A DNA stretch of 63,962 bases, filler included, from Stramenopiles sp. TOSAG23-2 (Eukaryota), in NCBI GenBank assembly GCA_900128395.1. It is 5 parts of 5 records of this genome, joined end to end, with 100 filler letters (N's around TTAATTAATTAA, not from the genome) between each part and the next. Parts side by side here need not be neighbours in the genome. Positions count along the whole stretch, not along the records: positions 12,851 to 25,566 come from LT649837.1; positions 25,667 to 38,372 come from LT649838.1; 3 more parts are not named here. One strand, 5' to 3'. The notes under the pieces are model-generated. The model ran no database searches and was not told where the DNA came from. It was given only the letters and a program-made list of their open reading frames with translations. Positions 24,178 through 34,533 of the stretch are shown here, piece by piece; the stretch's first letter is position 1, and every line of letters begins with the position of its first letter. The translations under genes and the position numbers were made by a program.

Positions 24178-25147
24178 TTCTTACCTTTATCTATATATAT
24201 GTCAAATAACAATAAATAACTTTATTATATATATATTAAATTCTTTTAGGATTATATTTGTAAAATATTGTCACTTAAATCAACTATATCTTACCGCATT
24301 AATTAAAAAATCATAATGGATGCCAGACTACATATATATAAATTATAAATATTGTTAATAAAGCAATTATCCCTTTTAAAATATTATTATAATAAACAGT
24401 GGCTGCAGTGAAAAAAAACCACAAACTAAAACGGGCCAGCCAGCCAACAAAAGAAGAATGATTTATTAGATTGCATATAATATTAATTAATAAAGACTGT
24501 TAGATGATATTCTATTGTAGAGGGTTCATTGTATTATATGCTGGTATGCCAGTATAATATTATTAATATGCTGTAATATGCTTTTTTATTAATATTTATT
24601 GACAGTTTACAAACCTGAGAAAACTAAAACTCCCCAACCTATATTTTTATTTTGATATATTGGTCTAATTTCACTAAATTTCCATTCAAGTATAAAATAT
24701 GTTGTCATGTTGATAGGAAAAACATAAATAACAATAGTAACAAAGTACACAAATCTATTTATTAATCAGCAGAGCAATAATATAAATATATATTTATCAA
24801 TGGCATTCCTTTCATTCCTATAGGGTTCAAAAAATGGCCAAATAATGGCCACGAGCTATAGCCAGCTAGCATCACATAGCACTCACTACAATTTGCTAGC
24901 ACATACACACCATTAGTAATGCTATTCCATGCTAAGTTCAAAATTGCCCGTACCATACACACAGAAGGGGCTAAAATACATCAATAAATTATATCGATAC
25001 ACTATTGGAAAATGGGTCTCACTCTTCCATTAGCATGACATAGCATTACATCGTATTATATAGGTAATCAGTAGTAATTAGTCTACATAAAGTACAAGTG
25101 GCCATTCGACCACCCCCTACAGGTATATATATATATAAACATCATAT

Positions 25148-25177
25148 ATAGATAGACAGATAGATAGATAGATAGAT
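25148..25177. repeat. (GATA)n microsatellite
   Basis: atagatagacagatagatagatagatagatac. Confidence 0.8.
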
Positions 25178-25387
25178 ACATTTTTATATATGTATAATAT
25201 ATTTAACAACCATACCTAGTATATGTAACCAGTACGATAATTAAACAGGAAAGAAAAAGTTAGTTATATATATACTGTTCAGATTATATTATATTATATT
25301 CGATTATATTATATATAATTACTAAAATTATACCTCTCCTACATTTTTTTATTTTTTCATATATTCATTTATATATATTATTAAAAA

Positions 25388-25566
25388 ATGACGTCGATTG
25401 CAACAGATAATAATAATGTAAATGACAATAATAACAATGATAATCCAACTTCTCCTACAAATCTTACTGTAAAAAGAGATAGTAATGTTAGCAATGATGA
25501 TAATGGTGGTAATACAAATATAAAACCAATATCAATGTGGGAGAAAGAGGAGAAATATTTTTTCAT
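25388..25566 (+). CDS. 5' fragment of a hypothetical protein with an Asn-rich N-terminus, cut by the contig edge
   Basis: aaaaaATG start; MTSIATDNNNVNDNNNN... open to the N-run. Confidence 0.6.
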
Positions 25567-25666
25567 NNNNNNNNNNNNNNNNNNNNNNNNNNNNNNNNNN
25601 NNNNNNNNNNTTAATTAATTAANNNNNNNNNNNNNNNNNNNNNNNNNNNNNNNNNNNNNNNNNNNN
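25567..25666. other. Artificial contig linker
   Basis: 44 N + TTAATTAATTAA + 44 N. Confidence 0.98.
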
Positions 25667-25908
25667 AGGCATTTGGGCATAAAGTTAAAATGAACGCATA
25701 ATATAACACAAAAAAATTTCATAAAACAAAATGTAATATAAAAAAAATTTCATAACACTTATTTTAGGCAGTTAGGCATAAAGTTTCGGAGACGTATAGG
25801 GCCGACGATGCGTATTCGAAGAAGTACAACATCCTTGTCAATCCCTATATCAGCCGTAATATAATAATAGAGGGTTTGTACTTGAAGTATACTAAAACAT
25901 ATAGGATT

Positions 25909-26282
25909 TGCATTTAATTCGCCCACTCATCGTATTCGTTTTCGTCGTCTGAATCAATATTTGAATCAGATTCAGTATCAAAAATAGAATCATAATCTGA
26001 ATTGTAAGGAGTGATATTTCCATGGTTTTCTACCGTAGATGAATTGCTAGTGCTATTTTCCTCTACTTGTTTCCGTATAAGTTCATCCTTTCGTGCATTT
26101 AATTCGCCCACTCATCGTATTCGTTTTCGTCGTCTGAATCAATATTTGAATCAGATTCAGTATCAAAAATAGAATCATAATCTGAATTGTAAGGAGTGAT
26201 ATTTCCATGGTTTTCTACCGTAGATGAATTGCTAGTGCTATTTTCCTCTACTTGTTTCCGTATAAGTTCATCCTTTCGTGCA
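25909..26282. repeat. Perfect 185-bp tandem duplication of the RING gene 3' end
   Basis: 25909-26093 = 26094-26278; 4-bp TGCA microhomology at the junction. Confidence 0.9.
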
Positions 26283-26713
26283 AATGCCGCTTTGTCATTT
26301 TTAAACCATCCGGGTTGCATACTTGTATTACAATACGGACATTTATACCACAAATTTATGTCTTCATCCAGTTTCGTCATTTTGAGAATACAACCACGGC
26401 ATACCATCTTGTCTCTACCTTTGCACGTGGTACAATGGTTTTCCGTGCATTTTTCACCACACCATAATGCACAATCGGAAATTAGGAATTCTTCGACATC
26501 GTTTTTTAATTGTAGAAATTCATTTCCGTTTATATGTTGCTTGTGTTTCTTGAAGGATTTCCATATGCTCTCCATCGAACCGTCTTTAAAGCCCGAATTT
26601 ACTGTTTGAACGACTTTGGCATATTTTCTGTCGCTGATTTTATTGCGTAAGTTATAGTAAATACTATTCATGCAAGCTTGTGTAACTTCGGATTTTGATG
26701 TAAATTTGACCAT
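26099..26713 (-). CDS. Small RING-finger-like protein with acidic tail
   Basis: 204 aa; CALWC...HCTTC...VCRGCILKM...YKCPYC spacing resembles a divergent RING. Confidence 0.6.
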   Translation of the reverse strand: MVKFTSKSEVTQACMNSIYYNLRNKISDRKYAKVVQTVNSGFKDGSMESIWKSFKKHKQHINGNEFLQLKNDVEEFLISDCALWCGEKCTENHCTTCKGRDKMVCRGCILKMTKLDEDINLWYKCPYCNTSMQPGWFKNDKAAFARKDELIRKQVEENSTSNSSTVENHGNITPYNSDYDSIFDTESDSNIDSDDENEYDEWAN

Positions 26714-26790
26714 TATTTCTGAAGGTTTTTGATAGGTTTCGTTTATATACTTAGAGTCTATAATTCGGAGATTGTATACGCAAAGGTATA

Positions 26791-27059
26791 ATGTCGAAAT
26801 TGTTATTTAATTAATAAAGGGCATGTTGTATCAGAATATTCTTATCAAATTCGGACATTTAAATGGTACAATAGCACTGGACAGTGGTGTGCACGGCCTA
26901 AAAACAAATGCGAAAACCCTACACATGTCGAAATTGTTATTTAATTAATAAAGGGCATGTTGTATCAGAATATTCTTATAAAATTCGGACATTTAAATGG
27001 ATGACCCGTACAAGACAGTGGTGTGCACGGCCTAAAGACAAGTGCGAAAAACCCCACAC
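26791..27059. repeat. Two ~134-bp imperfect tandem units with a different 13-nt internal segment
   Basis: Units start at 26791 and 26925; ...tttaaatgg[tacaatagcactg / atgacccgtacaa]gacagtggtgtgcacggcctaaa... Confidence 0.9.
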
Positions 27060-28399
27060 TTGTTGATAGCCCAAACCGTACTTGGAAATCCTCCACACAT
27101 GGGAATTATTCCGTCTGAAAAATTAGGTCGTTTTTTCCGTTTTTACTGCGGTTATTTGGATTATCTAACTCGCTTTTAGGACTCCTCATCTTTTAATGAA
27201 CGCTATCCAATGCTACGAGACACGCCGAAAAAAAGACTTAGAAAAGAGGTTTTAGGCGGCTGTTCCGCTGCTGGAAAGCATGATTTTGAGAGAAATGGGA
27301 ATTTAGTGCGGTAGCGTGAGAATCGATTTTGAGACTATCTGGCTGCTATTCACAACATGAAAATACTATTACAGGAGCAAAATTAATTGATGTAGTTACA
27401 ACAACAATACCTTAATAATCAGGATTTTTGCTGGGCTTTTTCTATTCGTTTGCATCACACAGCAATGCAAACAGGAGAGTCCGAGCTGTTGGTATTTTTA
27501 CACTGGTTTGTAGCCTCCGAACCTATGTTAAAAGGTATATTTATCGTAGTCTAATGGCCCACTTGGATTGGGACCGAAATAGGCAAATCCTTCACAAGTT
27601 GGGCAGTTTAGTACACAAGAGTTTTAAAAAATGAATAAATATGTAATAAACGGTGCATCCAACGAAAACTTTTTTGTAAACGGATCATTCTACAAATCAT
27701 ACATAAAATAAAGAAGTGCTATATAGTTTTGTTGCAAGAGCAAAAATTCACGGACGCATATCTACTATTTTGTGGACGTGCATAGATATTTTTTTATATA
27801 GTTGTTTCACCAAAGGGTTTTTGGGATCGTTGGACGGATATATATATATTTTAGGTCTTCGATAGTGGTTGATCTACGGTTGTTTTTAGCGGCTTTGGTT
27901 ATTTTGTTTGCGCATAGTTGTTTTCGGGCGTATAGTTGCCTTTTAAGCATTCGATTGTACTAACGCACTTCTATTCTTTCGGAAACGCGCATAGCTATTG
28001 TTTTACGTGGCCGGTTGATTTTTTTACAACATTTTGTTTGGTATCGCTTCGATCGTGAAGCAAATATTTTTTTAGTAGACTTCTTTTCTAACTGCTGGTC
28101 TACTGTTTGTTGAGCAACTTGTTTCTCCGTTTGGTGTTATTTGGCGTTCTACTGGATTGATTTAGTAATTGCAGTCACGAACTAGTTGTCACGATTCTTG
28201 AATTTTTTATTTCGACCCATAATAGTTACACAAGCTCTCATTAACTACTACAGGAACGTTTTCAAAGACTCTGGCAAACTCTATCTGTCCTACAAACGGT
28301 ATGACTCGGCTTGCTGCTGTTTGGTGCTGTTTTTTGCTGGTTGCTTCCGTGTATGCGGCGGAGTGGGATTGTGCGTCTAATGCTGTTGTTACTATTTAT

Positions 28400-30092
28400 A
28401 ATACTACCATAGATGGTAATTATGGTGGTATGTTTATATATTCCAGTAATGTAACAATGACAAATACAATCATATGAAATAATCAAGTTTTTGCTGGTAG
28501 TGGAGGTGGCCTCTCTATATGGGGTGAAGATAGTAGTACAGTCATTCTCCGCCAATCATCATTTATCAATAATGATGCAAAATATGGTACCAATAATGAT
28601 CAAATTTATGGTAATGGTGATGAAATATATACAGAATACTCACCAACCATATCATTAATAAATACATATTTCAACAATCCAAACTCCAAAAATGCAATCC
28701 ATGTCACCAAATGTTTCTACGATTGCTGGCGGTGTCATTACAATTGTAAATGGCGAAAATTTTGGCTCAAGTTCAAATTCTTACATTACGTTTTCCGTTA
28801 TTGATGTAAATGCAAATAAAGATATTGTATGGAAAGATATTAATTATGTTTCTCCAACTGAGATTAATGTTACTTCCGTATTTGGTTTAGGCCAAAACTT
28901 GATTGTTCGCTTGATTGTGGATGGTATTGGTAGCACTTTCTTAAATATGTCAGAACAATTTAAATTCAGTTATTTAGATCCAAAAATCAATGACATAATT
29001 TCACCTCCATTGCTTGGAGGTACGTTATAAATCATCGGCGAATCATTTGCACCACAAGCGGAAAGTTTTACACAGATTTTCATCGTAGAAAATTGTCGTG
29101 AGAATTTATGCATTGAACTTGTAATAGTAAGTATATTCTCCGAATAAACCAAAAGTAGAAATCGTCTTTAACACGTCATTCTTTTTATACGCTACGCTCC
29201 AAAGGTATCTTCTGCTAAAATAACATGTCAATATATTGGATTGGATTAGCGAATGTTTGTACAAATAAAACAGTTGTTGTACGCACACAATTTGAAAGTA
29301 ACATTCGTAGTTCAAACGCACAACAATTGTGCTATAATGTAGATCGAGATGAAATATTAAATGTGCCTACATTAGAGCAAACAATAGAAGAAGTCGATGG
29401 CATTGTATCCTATTCTATATTGTTATCCCCAGCAGTTGTTCCGACAAAGGAGGTACGAAATAAAATACAAAGCAAAGCGTATGATTATCTCAACAACCAA
29501 TTAGATATGCGAGAAGGATATCGATGTTTAACATCAACAACTGTAATTATTGTCACAGGAACCAATCATGATATATCTCAATCTGTTATAGTCACACCCG
29601 AAGATAATAAAGTTGATGAAGGTACGTTAGAAACCATAGCATATAAATGCCGAGTATTTCATAGTATAGAATCGTTAGATAAGCAATATGTAAGTAAATG
29701 TTATTCCTCTTTAATATCGTAGATATGCTCTCTAACACTTTCATACGCTACAATCCAAAACTAGAATCAATCAAGATATTACGAATCAACGTTCTAAATG
29801 ATGATAATGCTGATTTAAAGTTACAAATCGAAGATGAAGTAAATCCTAGTATGTTTGATCCAGATAAAGTAAAATCGATTGGTCCAATGTGTTTAACTGA
29901 AATGTCTAATGTTACGTATGGTATTACATTAAGTTCTGAACCAACAGAAAATGTTCAAGTATGCCACCAATTACAAAATGTTTATACAGATTCACCATTG
30001 CAATTTCAAATATATCCAAATGGTCTGTACCCACGAATGAATGGACTACTGCACAAGAATGTGATCCGGAGGGAGAATATTTAAACACAACA
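28400..30092 (+). pseudogene. Decayed gene for a large surface protein (PMP-like repeat, IPT/TIG-like and Calx-beta-like segments, start of a Cys-rich repeat)
   Basis: Successive + strand fragments in shifting frames with stops: GSGGGLSIWG...FINNDA; QSMSPNVSTIAGGVITIVNGENFG; EEVDGIVSYSILLSPAVVPT; TYGITLSSEPTENVQV; AQECDPEGEYLNTT. Confidence 0.7.
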
Positions 30093-30097
30093 TGTGA

Positions 30098-30391
30098 TTA
30101 TCCATTCATAATTATTTTATGCTTCTATTCGAAAAGAGGGTAGAGGGAGGTGCGTATCTGAAGGATGAAGATTGGACACTTCCCTCCATTGTCAAACAGA
30201 TTCGCTCCTCTGATGTATTCACTTCTCTTACAAGAAGGGACAAGTATAGCAAAGAATTGACTGCCGCGGCTATGAAGGAATTCTTCAAAACAAATGCGTT
30301 TTACAAAAAAGATGTGAACTACAGCAGCAGCATGAAGAAATTCTCATTAAAAGGATGGAGATTAGTTGTAGAAGGAGATGCTGATGAATAA
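30098..30391 (+). pseudogene. Isolated 3' gene fragment, possibly the C-terminus of a viral D5-like primase-helicase
   Basis: DEDWTLPSIVKQIRSSDVFTSLTRRDKYSKE...KEFFKTNAFYKKDV...LKGWRL reads as real protein and starts abruptly where the pseudogene ends. The family assignment is from recall only. Confidence 0.3.
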
Positions 30392-30739
30392 AAACAAATG
30401 TATATATTATGAAATATCAAATGTATATTAAAAAGTAATTTACGGGAAAAATTACAGGGTTTGGGTAAGCTCCCGTGTGGGGCAAAAGTCATCTGCCACC
30501 TGCCGGCAGTTGGCACTTGTAAAATCCCAAGAATCTCGAGCAAGCAAACCCTTGCATTTTTTCCCGTTTTCCCGCAAGTTTTTGGATGCTAAAATGAAGC
30601 AAACAATAGGAATAAAATTATGTATAGATTCGCTTAATTTTTATTTCGCACGCACCACCTGCGCCAGCACCGAACATGTTGGTTAATCCAATAGACGCAA
30701 TGGGCGCAATGCACGCATATTGTCTCATAAAGGTTCGCA

Positions 30740-31210
30740 TTATACCTGTTCTTCTAGAATTTTCTCCAGTTGCCGTATCTCATTCTTCAATTTCGAATTT
30801 TCTTCGAAGATATTGAAAAAGGTATGGTTTTGTTCCAAATATTGATCGTGCAAAGTCAACCTTTTTCTGATAAGGCCTATGCTTTCTGTGAACTGATGAT
30901 CCAACGTAATCAATCTCTGTATAATGTGCTCGCACGATAATTGCAAAGCAGCTTCTCTTTGCTCCAATGCGTTCATTCTTTGGGTTAAAAAATTATCCAT
31001 GGCAGCAACGGCGTGGAGTGTTTCCAAATCCGGCATAGGTCTTGACTGTGTTGCGCGGTGTCTGTTATACTCTGTCATATGTTTGCAAGCTTTGTGCGAA
31101 GAATATAAAAAGGCCTTGCACGTACACGAGACAGGCCTCCCGTTCTCTACCACGAGATTGTATTCAATGCTTGGGTTGGTTTCCGATTGTATTTTGATAA
31201 TTGAATTCAT
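30740..31210 (-). CDS. SWIM zinc-finger protein with C-terminal coiled coil
   Basis: 156 aa; SETNPSIEYNLVV...SCTCKAFLYSSHKACKH fits CxCx(n)CxH. Confidence 0.8.
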   Translation of the reverse strand: MNSIIKIQSETNPSIEYNLVVENGRPVSCTCKAFLYSSHKACKHMTEYNRHRATQSRPMPDLETLHAVAAMDNFLTQRMNALEQREAALQLSCEHIIQRLITLDHQFTESIGLIRKRLTLHDQYLEQNHTFFNIFEENSKLKNEIRQLEKILEEQV

Positions 31211-31750
31211 TTTTAAGTGTTGGTATCAATAGCTTTTTTCTTTTTTGATTATGTAAAAAGATATTTTGTATGTGTGTATATTTATTCATTCAAGTTTTTT
31301 TTAGATGAATAGAAAAGTATGGTTTAAAGAAGAAGAGTTGATCAAAGGTGATACTATCATGTCGTTATTATTGGATCCTCATCAAGAAGAAAAAAAAGGG
31401 GGGATTGGATGCCTCCTTGTCTGCAAAGTCAAAATTAATGGATAGAAAGGCAACTTTAAGCCTATTACATGGTAATAGATGCCGAAAAAATTAAACTATT
31501 TAAAAGAACTTTTTAAAATACTCTTGGCTGCAATTCAATGCTATCTCATAGTATGGTTGATCGGATCCTTGCAATAATACTGCCACAAAACTAAAAGATC
31601 GTGTGTAACAAGTGTGCATGTATGAAAAGTGACATATGCAAAAAGAAGTGATATAACCAACATATCCATTTAGTCATCTACTATACATTGATTTATTTCT
31701 CATAATTACATGTTGCGATAAAAAAATAATTTTTTTTGTGTATTTTTACT

Positions 31751-34168
31751 ATGAGTTTTCTCTTCAACTTGTTTAGTGGATCCCAACCTGCCGAAGAGGA
31801 AAGCGGCGAAGACTTGGACAGTAGTAGTGAAACTGAACAGGATCAAAGCGATAGCCAAGAAGTTCATACAAGACCATCTGGCTCCACATTGACACATGAA
31901 TGTATGAGGAAAGCAAAGAGACAGAAGAAAAATAATGTCGAAGATAACAGTCCAGTTATGAAAGGATTCTCTATGCAACATACACAAGCACCTATACAAC
32001 ATATGCAAACGTGGCCTGTGAAAAGGTATGAACCGTCACTGGGCGTCCAAGAGCCATATACCAATAACAAACCGGTTTCGCAACCAAACCAACCGTACAG
32101 TGACATCATGTCTCCTGTAAGAGGCCAGCAACATTATCCGATGAGCAATTTTATGCAAAATTCTAATGCGCAAAATTCCAATGCGCAAAATTCCAACGCT
32201 TTCCCGCCACGAATGATGCAACAAGAAAGAAACGCAGCATATCTTTCTCCCCCAAGGTTCTCCAGAGAAACGCGACAAGTCTATGATCCAAGGTTGTCTA
32301 GTCCTAATCGATCGCAGGAACTGGCGTTGAACCCCTACCAATCTCCGCATTATCAATCAGAAAGCGTTCATTCAAGCTTTCCAATGTTCCACAAGATGGA
32401 GGAATCAAACTATCAAACCCCACGCCCTTCCCCGGCACGCGATAATAACTCAACAAGGTTGAACTATCACAAAAAACCTGCATGGCCAGTGATAGACCGA
32501 GACCGCAACGAGTCAGACGAGTCTGGTGATTTTGCATCTAGTTCTCAAGCAAGTTTGGACAATGAAGAACAGGCAGAGAAGAACAATAAATGCGCCTTTT
32601 GTAAAATGGGAAAAGAGAGTGGCGAGCAAGTGCTTGGACCATATTCAAAAGTTGGCTCTTCAAGAAAATATTATGTTCATGAAACCTGCGCAAGATGGTG
32701 CCCTGATTTGAAAGAATTCTCTCAGTCTACTTTGTACCCACCACCACGAAGGTTTAACGTAGTGTTGATAAAAGCAATCACGCGTTCTAGTGCATTGAAA
32801 TGTGCATATTGTAGAGAAAAGGGAGCCGGTATTGGATGCATTGATCACAAATGCAAACATTCCTACCATCTACCATGCGCAGTGAAAGATGGTGCGGCCT
32901 TTGTTCGTATAGAGAATTTTTTACAGAAGCAAAAGATTGTACCCTTTCTCTGTGGCATTTATTGCCGAGATTGTAGCCCATTCCATCAGCACATTCCATC
33001 CACTCCAAATCACCCAATGAATGTGTACAAAATGCTGCAAAACAATCGGTTTAAACCAGAAGAAATGAAAGAAATGGCACGCACATTGTTAATCGTGGAT
33101 AAAGTGGTGAACGAACGCGAAGGAAAAAAAAAGAAGGAGGTGGAGGTAAAATTCTTTGGTGGAAACTATTCACAGTGGGTGCAAGTGGAAGATGTTCCAG
33201 ATTCATTACTTCGTCATCGTCATTCGAAGATGAAGAAAAGGTCTCCTTTGTACAATGCTACTTCAGAAGAAGACAACAACGAAGAAGAGGAAGAAGAAGA
33301 AGAGGAAGAAGAAGCCGACGAAGAAGTGTGTGATGTATGCAAGGGCGAAAAATCAACCAGTAGGAATCCAATAATTTATTGCGATGGAAAAGGTTGTGAA
33401 GTAAGTGTCCATAAACGATGTTACGGTATTTCAAGCGTACCCAAAGGAAAGTGGTTGTGTTATCGCTGTGCTGCTCAAGCACCATTGAATACGAAATGCT
33501 CGCGCTGCAATTCCGCAAAAGCTAGTCAAGCAATGACATGCAAATTCTCCGAATGGGTACATGTTACATGTCTGAACGAGGATAGGAAGTTTCAAGTGGC
33601 AAAAGGGTCCTCCTTTTCTTCTGTGAAAACTCGGCGTGCACTTCAAATGGCAAGAATAACACCTCGTGATAGGCAAGATATTTGGGAGATTATCCTTCGT
33701 GAAGAGACGCATGTAAAATGCCCTGTATGTAGAATCAACCACATCAAAAAGGAGGGTTCGTTTCAATGTGCGCATATTGACGCAACAGCGAAGGGTAAAG
33801 GGAAAACTGCACAAGAGGAGATATGGAATATGATACCATCTTGTAGTAAATGCAATTTGACATGCAATACAAAAAACTTGATTGATTTTATGGATAATTC
33901 TATCATGATGCGACCACACATTAAGCCACTCTTGTTTCTAAAGGTAAAATCCATTATACGTAGTCAAATGGATTGTTGCCCGTTAAGCATCAAAGAAATC
34001 CTCAGTGAGAAAAATTTTGTAACAGTAGTCGGAAAACTATACAACCCTAAAAAAATGTCTACAATCGCTCGCTTGTTGACACTATCGTCAGAGGAACACC
34101 ATAATTTGTTTGTGGAACCGGACGAACCGGCACCAGTACACTTTTACAATAAATTTCTTAGCAAATAG
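31751..34168 (+). CDS. ePHD - chromo-like - PHD/Zn-knuckle - HNH endonuclease fusion protein
   Basis: Likely ATG at 31751. ePHD ~32591-32975 (CAFC...VHETCARWCP...CAYC...GC...C...YHLPC); chromo-like ~33092-33200; poly-E; AF10/BRPF-type PHD ~33329-33470; HNH ~33653-33890 (RQDIW...CPVC...FQCAHI...NMIPSCSKCN...TKNL). Confidence 0.85.
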   Translation: MSFLFNLFSGSQPAEEESGEDLDSSSETEQDQSDSQEVHTRPSGSTLTHECMRKAKRQKKNNVEDNSPVMKGFSMQHTQAPIQHMQTWPVKRYEPSLGVQEPYTNNKPVSQPNQPYSDIMSPVRGQQHYPMSNFMQNSNAQNSNAQNSNAFPPRMMQQERNAAYLSPPRFSRETRQVYDPRLSSPNRSQELALNPYQSPHYQSESVHSSFPMFHKMEESNYQTPRPSPARDNNSTRLNYHKKPAWPVIDRDRNESDESGDFASSSQASLDNEEQAEKNNKCAFCKMGKESGEQVLGPYSKVGSSRKYYVHETCARWCPDLKEFSQSTLYPPPRRFNVVLIKAITRSSALKCAYCREKGAGIGCIDHKCKHSYHLPCAVKDGAAFVRIENFLQKQKIVPFLCGIYCRDCSPFHQHIPSTPNHPMNVYKMLQNNRFKPEEMKEMARTLLIVDKVVNEREGKKKKEVEVKFFGGNYSQWVQVEDVPDSLLRHRHSKMKKRSPLYNATSEEDNNEEEEEEEEEEEADEEVCDVCKGEKSTSRNPIIYCDGKGCEVSVHKRCYGISSVPKGKWLCYRCAAQAPLNTKCSRCNSAKASQAMTCKFSEWVHVTCLNEDRKFQVAKGSSFSSVKTRRALQMARITPRDRQDIWEIILREETHVKCPVCRINHIKKEGSFQCAHIDATAKGKGKTAQEEIWNMIPSCSKCNLTCNTKNLIDFMDNSIMMRPHIKPLLFLKVKSIIRSQMDCCPLSIKEILSEKNFVTVVGKLYNPKKMSTIARLLTLSSEEHHNLFVEPDEPAPVHFYNKFLSK

Positions 34169-34481
34169 ATTTGGGTCTATATTCAACCGTTGGTATAGAT
34201 TGTAAATCGAGTTGATGCGCCTCGACCAGTGTAAATACCACCAAATCTTGACAATTATTGCTAGTGATATGCACCGTAATAGTGTCACCATCTTTCTGCA
34301 ACCGAATGGTAGAGTTACTGCCCAGTTGGGTCAGCAGAATCCTGTTAGCATGATAAGTGCCTAGTTTACAGAATCGTATAGCAAATGTAGCATTGTTAAA
34401 GGGAAGTTTCGCTTGGAGGCTCAAGTAGATAGTGTCGCTAGGAGTAATACGAGCAGTAAACATATGGTTTAAAATATCCAT
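34158..34481 (-). CDS. Small hypothetical protein (107 aa from MDILNHMF)
   Basis: Fills the gap between two large genes almost exactly, overlapping the HNH gene end by 11 nt; ordinary amino-acid composition. Confidence 0.4.
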   Translation of the reverse strand: MDILNHMFTARITPSDTIYLSLQAKLPFNNATFAIRFCKLGTYHANRILLTQLGSNSTIRLQKDGDTITVHITSNNCQDLVVFTLVEAHQLDLQSIPTVEYRPKSIC

Positions 34482-34533
34482 TGATGGAATATAAATTATA
34501 TTTATAGTCAAAAAATATCTGAAAGCTATTCTT

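Noticed and set aside
25914-26111. 65-aa ORF identical to the RING protein tail
   Set aside because: By-product of the 185-bp duplication.
26791-27059. CRISPR array
   Set aside because: Only two units, the repeat is far too long, the variable part is 13 nt, there are no cas genes and the context is eukaryotic.
27640-28260. Minus-strand coding-like stretch (QTEKQVAQQ...RSKRYQTKCCKK)
   Set aside because: Multiple stops and no assignable family.
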